Source of the DNA: a virus
Taxonomy: Duplodnaviria; Caudoviricetes
Virus record (IMG/VR): IMGVR_UViG_3300025875_000029
Span: 1 to 56,063 of that record
Length of the DNA: 56,063 nucleotides
Reading direction: 5' to 3' (one strand)
The notes below the pieces were generated by a model that was not told where the DNA came from, searched no databases, and saw nothing but the letters and a program-made list of their open reading frames with translations. A program made the translations under genes and the position numbers. Position 1 is the first letter of the stretch. Each line of letters begins with the position of its first letter. Shown one piece after another: positions 8,978-17,742 of this stretch.

Positions 8978-9607
8978 ATGCCCAAGTTCAACCCCGCCAA
9001 GTACGACCCGGCGACCGACAGCTCGCCCGGGACCGCCAAATACCGGACCGGCGGAGCCCCGGCCACGGTCATCCTGGACTGGACCAGCCTCACTCACGCC
9101 CCGGCCCAGCCCGGCGACGCCCCCACCGTCACCAAGGTCTGCCCCTGCGGGTGCCGCGAGCTGCTGGGCAGTAAGTCCAAGTTCCGGATGGGCCACGATG
9201 CCCGCCTGAAGGGCAAGCTGACCCGGGCCCACGTCACCGGCACCGACATCACGATCGTCAAGGGCAACGACATGTCGGTCACGACCGCCGTCGCCCTCGC
9301 CTCCCAGTTCACCTCCCCCGCGATGGACTGGGTCCGGGCCCTCCGCGACGCCGAAAAGCGGCACAAGGACATCCAGGACGCCAAGATCGCCCGCGCGAAC
9401 AAGCAGGTCGTGGCCACAGCGAAGGGCCCGCAGGTCGGCACCCGGAAGCTCGTCAAGGTCGGCCGCTGGAACTACACCGGCCAGATCGTGGCGGTCTACG
9501 AGGACAAGGGCCTGGCGGTCTTCGAATACGTCACGACCAAGGGCGAGACCAAGACCGTCGAGCGCCCGCTGGACGACGTCGCGGCCATGGCCGACCCGGA
9601 GGCCTGA
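8978..9607 (+). CDS. Hypothetical protein with CxCGC...GHDAxLK motif
   Basis: CAGGAG RBS, ATG 8978. Confidence 0.8.
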   Translation: MPKFNPAKYDPATDSSPGTAKYRTGGAPATVILDWTSLTHAPAQPGDAPTVTKVCPCGCRELLGSKSKFRMGHDARLKGKLTRAHVTGTDITIVKGNDMSVTTAVALASQFTSPAMDWVRALRDAEKRHKDIQDAKIARANKQVVATAKGPQVGTRKLVKVGRWNYTGQIVAVYEDKGLAVFEYVTTKGETKTVERPLDDVAAMADPEA

Positions 9608-9612
9608 GCATC

Positions 9613-10719
9613 ATGCCGAAGCTGACGAAGGCCGCCAGGGCAGCTCTCCTGGCGGCCGGGGCGGACGACACCGACCCCACCTTCCCCGTCACTGGCCCCA
9701 CCGAGGACTACCACCCGCCGGTCGTGGACGAGTTCGTCGACGCGGATGGGGAGCACATGGTCGAGCTGCTGGACGGCAACATCGAACCTGCCGCCGATTG
9801 GATTCAGGGCGAAGAGGACGAGGAGCCCGCCGACGGCTCCCCGCCCGGGGAGGAGCCCGGCGAGGTCACCGACCCGCACGTGATCATCGTCGACCCCGGC
9901 CCCGAGGTCGTAGGGATGGAGATCTACGACGCCCCCGAGGGCGGCAACCTGGTCGAGGACTACACCCCGCCCCGGCCGGAGCTGCCCAAGCTGAACCGGA
10001 CCGTCAAGCCCGCCACCCTCATCCACGGCACCAAGAACCCGTACATGTCGGGGTTCTGCCTCGGAGAGCACCGGGACCAGGCCGACAGCCCCGCCGCCCA
10101 GCTGATGCACTCCCAGTGCAAGGGCGGGGTGATCTCGGGGGTCCACGGCCAGGTCATCCTGTGCCAGTGCCCCGGGCACGACGGCGAGAACCGGTGCATC
10201 ATCTGCCGGACCGTCAACACCCCGGAGACCTTCGACGCCGACTTCCGGGTCTGCCTCGACCAGGACGCCTGCACCGACGCCCTGCACACCCAGGCGATCG
10301 AGTCCAGCAAGACCCCGCTGTCCCGGATGATCCGCCAGGTGAAGGCGCAGTCCCGCCGGGGTGCCGAGACCGCCGAGGATGTCGGAGGTCAACCGAAGGC
10401 ACCCCGGGCCCCGCGCGCCCCCAGGGAGAAGCGGGAGGGCCGCCCCTGTCAGTGCGGATGCGCCCTGATCACCGGCGGCGGGCTGTTCCGCCCCGGGCAC
10501 GACGCGAAGCTGAAGGGCATCCTGAAGAAGGCGGCCAAGGACGGCGACGTGGCGGCCTACGTCGAGCAGCTCGCCCGGGGCTGGTCGCCGGTCCTCCCCG
10601 ACGTCCCGCTGGGGTCGGTCGAGCAGACCCACCTCGCCAGCGAGCAGGCCAAGCAGGACTACATCGAGACCCGCGTGGCAGCCCGCTACGCGGCGGCCGA
10701 CAGCAGCGAGGAGAACTGA
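9613..10719 (+). CDS. Hypothetical acidic, Cys-rich protein with CxCGC...GHDAxLK motif
   Basis: 368 aa ORF with strong codon bias. Confidence 0.8.
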   Translation: MPKLTKAARAALLAAGADDTDPTFPVTGPTEDYHPPVVDEFVDADGEHMVELLDGNIEPAADWIQGEEDEEPADGSPPGEEPGEVTDPHVIIVDPGPEVVGMEIYDAPEGGNLVEDYTPPRPELPKLNRTVKPATLIHGTKNPYMSGFCLGEHRDQADSPAAQLMHSQCKGGVISGVHGQVILCQCPGHDGENRCIICRTVNTPETFDADFRVCLDQDACTDALHTQAIESSKTPLSRMIRQVKAQSRRGAETAEDVGGQPKAPRAPRAPREKREGRPCQCGCALITGGGLFRPGHDAKLKGILKKAAKDGDVAAYVEQLARGWSPVLPDVPLGSVEQTHLASEQAKQDYIETRVAARYAAADSSEEN

Positions 10720-10721
10720 AC

Positions 10722-11126
10722 ATGGCTCAGCCCCTGCAGGACATCGGCCCCGGGGAGGCGCGACCGTCGTTCATGACGGTCCGGAACCGGCCCGAGCCCC
10801 GATGGTGGCGCGAGGACAACGACGCCGACGGGCACTGGCACTCCGACGCCAGGCCCGGCCCGGGGATCGTGGTCCACGTCCAGCCGGAGGGGATCACCGT
10901 CACCGGTCTCCCGGGGCTCATGTCGCCCCGGGAGGTCCGGTGGCTCTCGTCCCGGATGAGCGAGGCGATGGGCCTGTACGAGGTGGTGTTCGGCGGGGAC
11001 GGGAGCCAGCTGAACGACCGCGCCGAGTCCTGGGTGATCTTCCCGCCCCCGGAGCCGGACCCGATCGACCGCAGGCTCCGCCGGAGCCCGTTGGCAGACA
11101 TCCTCGAAGGAGTAGTGGACCAGTGA
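10722..11126 (+). CDS. Hypothetical protein
   Basis: GAGGAG RBS, ATG 10722. Confidence 0.65.
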   Translation: MAQPLQDIGPGEARPSFMTVRNRPEPRWWREDNDADGHWHSDARPGPGIVVHVQPEGITVTGLPGLMSPREVRWLSSRMSEAMGLYEVVFGGDGSQLNDRAESWVIFPPPEPDPIDRRLRRSPLADILEGVVDQ

Positions 11127-11509
11127 GCGAATACGAGCCCGACCCATGCGACCCGCCCGCGATCGTGTTCCGGGAGCCGATCGTGGTCCAGGCCGACTAC
11201 GACCCCGACAACGGCGTCCTAACCTTCGACGACGGGATGATCCGGCGGGCCGTCGAGGTTCGCCGCCACTTCGAGGAGCTGGCGACCCGGAAGGCAGCGA
11301 TCGTCGAGCTGGAGCGGCTTGGCTACACCATCACCCCGCCGGGCATCGACCTGGAGCGGCTGCTGGCCGAGCACCAGTTCGTCGGCGTCGTCGACGGCTG
11401 GGCCGTCTGCCTCTGCGGCTGGACGGCCGCAACCGACCGGGACGACGACGAGGGCACCCACGCCCACCACCAGATGAACGTGATCTCGACCCAGGAGCCC
11501 CAATCATGA
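11123..11509 (+). CDS. Hypothetical protein
   Basis: AAGGAG RBS, GTGA overlap; CLCGW motif. Confidence 0.65.
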   Translation: MSEYEPDPCDPPAIVFREPIVVQADYDPDNGVLTFDDGMIRRAVEVRRHFEELATRKAAIVELERLGYTITPPGIDLERLLAEHQFVGVVDGWAVCLCGWTAATDRDDDEGTHAHHQMNVISTQEPQS

Positions 11510-11688
11510 GCCGTCGCCGACCCGTGATCTACTACCAGACCGCACCGCCTTCCTCCCGGCGGCAGCTCCGCCCCGGGGACGTGTTCCTCGACCGCGACTA
11601 CCAGTTCTACGTCCGACGCGGCCGGTGGATCTTCGGCCGCTGGGTCCGCATCTCCGTCCCCACCATCATCCAGGAAGGCCAGAAGTGA
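11506..11688 (+). CDS. Small basic hypothetical protein
   Basis: CAGGAG RBS, ATGA overlap. Confidence 0.55.
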   Translation: MSRRRPVIYYQTAPPSSRRQLRPGDVFLDRDYQFYVRRGRWIFGRWVRISVPTIIQEGQK

Positions 11689-12560
11689 CCGCCGCCCTCG
11701 GCACCCCCGCCCGCCCGATCCACGTCTCCTACTCCGAACTCGCCGCCTTCTGGCAGTGCCCCACCAAACACCGGTGGGGCTACCGGGACCGGTGGAACAG
11801 CGACGAAGGCAAACCCGCCCTGGACCGGGGGACCGTCTGGCACGCCATGCTCCAGACCTACTACGAGTTGAGTCGGCTGAAGGTCCCAGCGGCCGAACGC
11901 CGAGCCCAGGTCCTGGAGACCATGATCACCGGCGACCTGGACGACGAACAGGCCGACCTGCTGGAGTGGATGTACGACGGGTACGCCGCCCTCTACGGCG
12001 AGGACGGCGAGTACGACATCCTGGCGACCGAGATCGACCGGACGATCCCGCTGCCGCTCCCCACCGACCCGTACCAGCCCGGGGCCTACGCGCTGAAGGT
12101 CAAGATCGACATGGTGACGCGGAACCGGCGGACCCGGCAGATCCTGGCCTGGGACCACAAGACCGCCTCGGACTTCACGCCGGTCGACCGGCTGCAGTGG
12201 CGGCCCCAGTTCCCGCTGTACACCTGGGCGCTGCGGGCGGCGAAGCTGGACGTCCAGGGTTTCATCGTCAACTCGGCCCGGACCAAGCGCAACAAGGGCC
12301 CGATGGCCGACGATCAGCGGTACCGCCGGAACTTCCTGATCTACACCGACCGCCAGCTAACCGAGGCCGCGATGAACGCGTCCCGGACGGCCTACGCGAT
12401 CCACGACCCGGAGCGGGTGGAGTACAGCGCCCCGTCGGACCTGCAGGTCGGCGGGTGTACCTGGTGCGAGTTCTCCAAGCCGCACGCCCAGATCATGCGG
12501 GGGGTGGACGAGGAGACCGCGATGTCGGACTTCGGGTTCATCCGGGGCTACCGCCCGTAG
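11685..12560 (+). CDS. PD-(D/E)XK RecB/Cas4-like exonuclease
   Basis: VSYSEL...CP, GTVWH, E...KIDMV...WDHKT, QFPLY, C-terminal CTWC. Confidence 0.85.
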   Translation: MTAALGTPARPIHVSYSELAAFWQCPTKHRWGYRDRWNSDEGKPALDRGTVWHAMLQTYYELSRLKVPAAERRAQVLETMITGDLDDEQADLLEWMYDGYAALYGEDGEYDILATEIDRTIPLPLPTDPYQPGAYALKVKIDMVTRNRRTRQILAWDHKTASDFTPVDRLQWRPQFPLYTWALRAAKLDVQGFIVNSARTKRNKGPMADDQRYRRNFLIYTDRQLTEAAMNASRTAYAIHDPERVEYSAPSDLQVGGCTWCEFSKPHAQIMRGVDEETAMSDFGFIRGYRP

Positions 12561-12572
12561 CAACACCCCCGG

Positions 12573-12686
12573 TTTGCGCCGGTCGCATGGCGTGTGTTTT
12601 GCTAGGCGGGCATACGCAGCACGGAGGTCCAGCCCGAACAGCCCGGTCTGGTAGCCTGATTCACCCCCGGCCGGAGCAGGCCCGGG
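12573..12686 (+). promoter_or_regulatory. Degenerate early-type promoter and leader with GGAGCA hairpin
   Basis: TTTGC-N7-GCAT...TGT-TTTGCT; CCCGGCC-GGAGCA-GGCC(C)GGG at 12666-12686. Confidence 0.55.
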
Positions 12687-12712
12687 AGCCGACACGACAG
12701 AAGGAGCACAGC

Positions 12713-13969
12713 ATGCCCAAGGCACCACGCGGCAAGACGACGGGGTCTCCGCCGCCCGAGGACACCGGGACGATCAAGATCCCGCCCGCCGAGCGGATGG
12801 ACTCCTCGCCCGAGGACACCGGGATGGTCGGCGCAGAGCCCTTGGTCGACCTCACCATCGGGGCGGCCCTGCCCGACGCCCCGGAGGCAGCCCAGGTCGA
12901 GTCCCCGGCGGAGCAGGCGGCAGACGCCGCCGAGCCCGTCCAGGAGCCCGTCGCGATCCGGGACCCCGAGCCTGAACAGAACCAGGCCCCCGCCAAGGCC
13001 CCAACCAAGCGGGCACCCCGGAAGGCAGCCGCCACCCGGACCAACCCCAAGCCGGTCGAGGGCACCCCCGACGCCAGCCTCCCCGGCGGGTCCGCCAAGA
13101 AGGCCGTCCTGGAGTTCGGGACGCTGTCTGACGAGGAGGACTACCTCAACGTCCTGTGGTACGGCCCCGAGGGCGTCGGCAAGACCACCGCCGCACTGAA
13201 GGCCGCCAACCACGGCCGGGTGCTGGTGGTCTCGGCCGAAGGCGGGCTGAAGAGCCGGGCGCTGAAGAGCCAGGGCATCGACACCAGCCAAGTCACCACC
13301 TGGCCCCCGGCCGGGCAGGAAGACCTGCTCACCCGGGACGGCCTGGAGGCACTCGGCTACAAGATCCGCGAGGACCTGGCGGCCGACCCCGCCGCCTGGT
13401 TCGCCGTGGTCTGGGACTCCGGCTCCGCCGTCGGAGACCGGATCCTCCGGCAGATCGTGGCGGAGGAAGTCGCCAAGGACGCGGCCAAGCCCGCCCACCT
13501 GCGGAAGGACTTCCGGTCAGACCCGTTCTTCACCGACCGGTCGGACTACGGGACCCTGAGCAGCCAGCTGGTCCCGCTGGTCGAGCAGTACCGCGACCTC
13601 CGCTGCCACTTCCTGATCACCGCGCTGGAACGGCGGGACGTGGACGACGACACCGGTCAGGTCATGTACGGCCCCGTCTTCACCCCGGCGGTCTCCTCCG
13701 GCGTGCGGGCGGCAGCCGACCTGGTCCTCCGCGTCGCCCAGGAGGAAGGGGAGGACGGGATGGTCGTGGTGGCCTCCACCCGACCCAATCCCAGGTACCG
13801 CGCGAAGGACCGGTTCGGGGCCACCCCGATCCGGATGGCGGACCCCAGCTTCACCCGGGTCCTCGGCTACGTCGAGGGCAGCATCACCGAGCAGGACGAC
13901 ACCACCCAGCAGACCCTCCCCACCGGCTCGGCACCCGCCAAGTCCGGCAAGATCAAGAAGGAGAACTGA
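12713..13969 (+). CDS. AAA-family (Sak4/RecA-like) ATPase recombinase with disordered N-terminus
   Basis: AAGGAG RBS; YGPEGVGKTT Walker A, VVWDS Walker B, AKDRFG. Confidence 0.85.
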   Translation: MPKAPRGKTTGSPPPEDTGTIKIPPAERMDSSPEDTGMVGAEPLVDLTIGAALPDAPEAAQVESPAEQAADAAEPVQEPVAIRDPEPEQNQAPAKAPTKRAPRKAAATRTNPKPVEGTPDASLPGGSAKKAVLEFGTLSDEEDYLNVLWYGPEGVGKTTAALKAANHGRVLVVSAEGGLKSRALKSQGIDTSQVTTWPPAGQEDLLTRDGLEALGYKIREDLAADPAAWFAVVWDSGSAVGDRILRQIVAEEVAKDAAKPAHLRKDFRSDPFFTDRSDYGTLSSQLVPLVEQYRDLRCHFLITALERRDVDDDTGQVMYGPVFTPAVSSGVRAAADLVLRVAQEEGEDGMVVVASTRPNPRYRAKDRFGATPIRMADPSFTRVLGYVEGSITEQDDTTQQTLPTGSAPAKSGKIKKEN

Positions 13970-13970
13970 C

Positions 13971-14399
13971 ATGCCGAAGCTCCCCGCGAACGTCCAGGCC
14001 GCAGCCGAGAAGGCCGAGGCCGGTGGCGGCTCCGCCCCGCTGGAGGAGGGCCTCTACATCCTCCGCATCCATTCCGTCGACGTCACCGGTAAGGGCGCGA
14101 AGGGCCCCTACTGGACCTGGGAGTTCCGGGTGGTCGAGGGCCCGGATGGTCCCATGAACGGCCGCCGTCGGCTGTGGGACCGGATCTCGCTGTCGGAGGC
14201 GGCGGCGTTCCGCGTGAAGAACTTCTACACCGCCGTCGGGTTCACCCTCGACAGCGACACCGACGAGATGATGGGTGAACACGTCAAGGCGTACATCACC
14301 CAGGAGACCATCCAGTCCGGCGCGAAGGCCGGGCAGCTGTCCAACAACATCGACGAGTACATCGAGCTGGACGAGGACTGGGAGCCCGCCGAGGGCTGA
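13971..14399 (+). CDS. ssDNA-binding protein (DUF669-like)
   Basis: PLEEGLY...WEFRVVEG...LWDRI, acidic C-tail; follows the recombinase. Confidence 0.75.
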   Translation: MPKLPANVQAAAEKAEAGGGSAPLEEGLYILRIHSVDVTGKGAKGPYWTWEFRVVEGPDGPMNGRRRLWDRISLSEAAAFRVKNFYTAVGFTLDSDTDEMMGEHVKAYITQETIQSGAKAGQLSNNIDEYIELDEDWEPAEG

Positions 14400-14490
14400 C
14401 CCCAGCTCGACCGCACAGCCTGAAGTACGCGGCCCCCGGCACGGAGACGTTCCGGGGGCCGCGCCATCTCCCAGAGACGCGGAGTGCACG

Positions 14491-17175
14491 ATGCAACTGG
14501 CAACACGACCTGAGAACAACGCAGCACTGCAGCTGGCCGCCGACCGCCACTGGCGGATCTTCCCGGTCCAGCCCGCCACCAAGATCCCGGCGATCAAGAG
14601 CTGGCGAATCAAGGCCACCGACGACCCCGTCGTGTGGGACCAGTGGTGGGGGCCGGACGGCCTGTTCAGCCCGTCCCTGGTCGGGGTGCTCACCGGCCCC
14701 GAGTCCGGCATCTGGGTCTTCGACGTGGACCCGAAGAACGGCGGGATGGAGGAGTACACCCGGCTGGACGCCGAGCACGACGGCGACTGGGGGCCCTGCC
14801 TCCGGGTGGACACCCCCAGTGGCGGGATCCACCTGATCTACCAATACCCGCCGGAGGCGGAGTTCCAGACCCGGGGCGTGGCGAAGGTCAAGAGCCGGAC
14901 CGGGGTCCTGCCCGGGTGCGACGTCCGGGGTCAGGGCGGGCAGATCGTCGCCCCGCTCACCCAGGACGGCCGGTCGGTCTCCGACCCGGAGGCGGTGATC
15001 GGCCAGGCACCCACCTGGCTCCTTGACGTGGTGCTGGCCGACGCGGCTGCGAGCACCGATGGATCGGGGGGCACCGGTGCTGGCACGTCGCAGTTCACCG
15101 ACCTGGCGGACAATCCGCCGCTCGGTGAGGGCGATCGGAACAACTGGCTGGCCGCGATGGCTGGCCACTACGCCGCAGAGACCGACTTCAAGGACCGCTA
15201 CGAGGCGAAAGTCCGCCAGGCGAACCGCTCCATGGGGGTGCCGCTGGACGAGGCGGAGGTCTCCAAACTGGCCAAGTCGATCTGGCAGACCGAGACCGCG
15301 AAGTCCCGCCGGAAGGTGGTCCCGCTGCGGGAGGCACCCACGGACGCCACGGGAGCCTCTCCGTCGGCCTCCGGGGGCCGGGGTGGCATCTCGGTGGGGA
15401 TCGACGACGAAGAGCTGGCGGAAGCCGCCTCCGCCCTGGGCACCGACAGTGGCGGCCTGGTCGGCGCGCGGGCCGGTGGCAAGCGCACCGGGACCCTGAT
15501 CATGGAGATCAACAGCAAGCAGGGCGACAAGACTGTCCGGATCCCGCACGCCTGGGCCGATTTCGACATGGAGGCGCTCGGGGTCACCTCGGACGACTCC
15601 GGGGAGCGGTTCTACCTGGTGAACCTGATTCGGGGACGGGATAAGGTGGAGCGGGAGCTGATCCTCCCGGCGAAGGTGCTGGCCGACCGGAAGCAGCTGG
15701 TGTCGTGGCTGGCCCAGCAGCGGGTCACGATCGCAGAGCCGACCAGCCCGGTCCTGCGGCTGGGGACCTCCGAACGGCTGCTGCGCTACCTGGAGGCGCA
15801 GGCCCCGGCCGAGTTCACCGTGGTGGACCACCTGGGCTGGTCGAAGCACGCCTCGGCGTTCCTCACCACGACCGGCCAGATCACCCGGGAGGGCGAGCAG
15901 CCGTTCGGTCAGTTCCGCCCGTCCAAGGCCATCCTGGAGAACAAGGAGGTGCTGTTCCGCTACGGGTTCGGGCACACCGAGGCCGAGGTCCGGGACGTCC
16001 TGAACGAGATCCTGACGTTCCACTACCAGGACGAGGCGGCGGTGTTTGGTGCCTGGTGGGCCGCGACCCTGCTGAAGCACGTCGCGATGCAGCACTCGGC
16101 GCTGTTTCCGCTGATGGCGATCGAGGCCCCGTCAGAATCCGGCAAGACCACCGGGATGTTCGGGATGCTGGTCCGGCTGAGCGGCTGGGCCGGGGAGCAG
16201 TCCACCTACACGAAAGCCAGTTTCCGGGACGCCCTGACCGTGAACCGGAACGGGATCATCTGGCTGGACGACCCGGACTCGGTCTCCAACCTGGAGGAGG
16301 TGCTGCGGGCCGCTACCGCCGAGGGTGCGATGACCAAGAAGAGCGACGACCTGGCGCACAACCAGAACGCCCGGCTGATCTCGCCGGTGGTGATCACCGG
16401 TGAGGCTCTCGGATTCAAAGACCAGAAGGCACTACGGGACCGGGCGGTCCACCTGGCCGTCCAGTCCCCGACCAGCCGGACCAGCCAGCGGCCAGATCGC
16501 AAGGGCCAGTCGCAGTGGGACGACATCCTGGACTTCAAGGACCGGTACCCGGATCTCACCGAGTATGCGGGCACCCTGGTCCAGATGGCGCTGTCGCACT
16601 CCGCCGAGTTCGCCCGGGACGTCCGGTCCCTCCGGGGTGGCTCGGGCCGTAGGATCGGGGACACGGTCGCGATCCTGCGGGCGGGGGCTCGTCTGCTGGA
16701 CCGGCTGACCGACGATGGCGGGTTCGATGACCAGGTCGGGCACTGGCTGGACGAGAACGGCGTGGAGGACACCGGAGCCCAGAACAGCCTTACCTTGACG
16801 GTGGTCCCGGCACTGCTCCGTTACTGCGGGCACCGGGCCAACCCCACCCGCGACAACCAGTACAAGCTGCCCACTCCGGTGCTGGTCCGGGAGGGACCGG
16901 CGGACGAGGTCGAGATCTGGGTCAACACGGCACTCGCGGCCGAGTGGTGGCGGCGGATCCAGAACGGCCGGGTGACCGAACGAACCGAGACCGCGTCGGC
17001 TTTCAACGACCAGATGAAGGCACTGGGAGTGACCGGCCGAGGGAAGCAGATCCGAGTGCCCTCGGAGGAGTACCGCGCGGGCAACCGAGGAGCCGACGAC
17101 GACTCGCCCACGGCTGAGAAGCCGTGGTACCGGATGCTCCCGCCGGAGGTCACGACGGACGTTCTGACGCGCTGA
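14491..17175 (+). CDS. Bifunctional primase-polymerase (Prim-Pol, PriCT) fused to a helicase domain
   Basis: IFPV...KIP, VFDVD, TPSGGIHLIY, DVRGQGG; GDRNNWL; Walker A APSESGKTT and IWLDD. Confidence 0.88.
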   Translation: MQLATRPENNAALQLAADRHWRIFPVQPATKIPAIKSWRIKATDDPVVWDQWWGPDGLFSPSLVGVLTGPESGIWVFDVDPKNGGMEEYTRLDAEHDGDWGPCLRVDTPSGGIHLIYQYPPEAEFQTRGVAKVKSRTGVLPGCDVRGQGGQIVAPLTQDGRSVSDPEAVIGQAPTWLLDVVLADAAASTDGSGGTGAGTSQFTDLADNPPLGEGDRNNWLAAMAGHYAAETDFKDRYEAKVRQANRSMGVPLDEAEVSKLAKSIWQTETAKSRRKVVPLREAPTDATGASPSASGGRGGISVGIDDEELAEAASALGTDSGGLVGARAGGKRTGTLIMEINSKQGDKTVRIPHAWADFDMEALGVTSDDSGERFYLVNLIRGRDKVERELILPAKVLADRKQLVSWLAQQRVTIAEPTSPVLRLGTSERLLRYLEAQAPAEFTVVDHLGWSKHASAFLTTTGQITREGEQPFGQFRPSKAILENKEVLFRYGFGHTEAEVRDVLNEILTFHYQDEAAVFGAWWAATLLKHVAMQHSALFPLMAIEAPSESGKTTGMFGMLVRLSGWAGEQSTYTKASFRDALTVNRNGIIWLDDPDSVSNLEEVLRAATAEGAMTKKSDDLAHNQNARLISPVVITGEALGFKDQKALRDRAVHLAVQSPTSRTSQRPDRKGQSQWDDILDFKDRYPDLTEYAGTLVQMALSHSAEFARDVRSLRGGSGRRIGDTVAILRAGARLLDRLTDDGGFDDQVGHWLDENGVEDTGAQNSLTLTVVPALLRYCGHRANPTRDNQYKLPTPVLVREGPADEVEIWVNTALAAEWWRRIQNGRVTERTETASAFNDQMKALGVTGRGKQIRVPSEEYRAGNRGADDDSPTAEKPWYRMLPPEVTTDVLTR

Positions 17176-17561
17176 TGAGTGGGTACGGGCGGCTGGGTAC
17201 ACGCAGCCGCCCGGCCCTCAGCGTTCAAATCGGACATGAACTGTGACACTGGGACACTCGTCCCACTAGCAAGCGAGGAGGCCGGAGAACGCCTGATGTA
17301 CCCGATGACAGCCCTGGTACCCGGCCCTGTACACGCCTGCCTGGGTACGCCAGTTTGTCAGACGGTCACCCCCGAGAGCCCCGGAAGGACGGGAAGGAAG
17401 ACCCTTCTTCTCATTTCTCAATATATGGTTGTACCCGTGTACCCAGGTCTCCGTGTGGATCGTGCCGCGCGGGATGGATGGGCCTCTCTCGTCATCGTCT
17501 CGTCGTCCGACGGTGGGGGTGTCTTGTGCCGGAGGCTGGGTACACGGGTACGTGGTATGAT
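17176..17561. repeat. Putative replication origin: GGGTAC/GTACCC iterons, AT-rich tract, 16-bp inverted repeat
   Basis: About ten GTAC-centred motifs; GTACCCGTGTACCCAG (17431-17446) is inverted at 17536-17551; AT-rich 17405-17430. Confidence 0.6.
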
Positions 17562-17592
17562 TGCTACTGGGACAACAGGCAGGAGCCGAGCG

Positions 17593-17742
17593 GTGGAAGA
17601 CAAGATCGGGAACCGGTACGCAAACCGGATCCGACACATCAACCAGCAGATCGCCAAGCTGGAGGCAAAGCGCGAGGAGATCCGGCAGGAGCAGCGCGAG
17701 TACAACCGTGCCGTGTTCGGCAAGGACCCCGAGGATGCCTAG
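17593..17742 (+). CDS. Small coiled-coil protein
   Basis: TGG-TATGAT promoter at 17553-17561, CAGGAG RBS, GTG 17593. Confidence 0.6.
   Translation: MEDKIGNRYANRIRHINQQIAKLEAKREEIRQEQREYNRAVFGKDPEDA

Noticed and set aside
11685-12560. Cas4-like gene as part of a CRISPR system
   Set aside because: No repeat-spacer array or other cas genes; context is a phage exonuclease-recombinase-SSB module.
17172-17225. CTGATGAG as a third hammerhead core
   Set aside because: No matching GAAA or stem III; it is simply the primase stop region.
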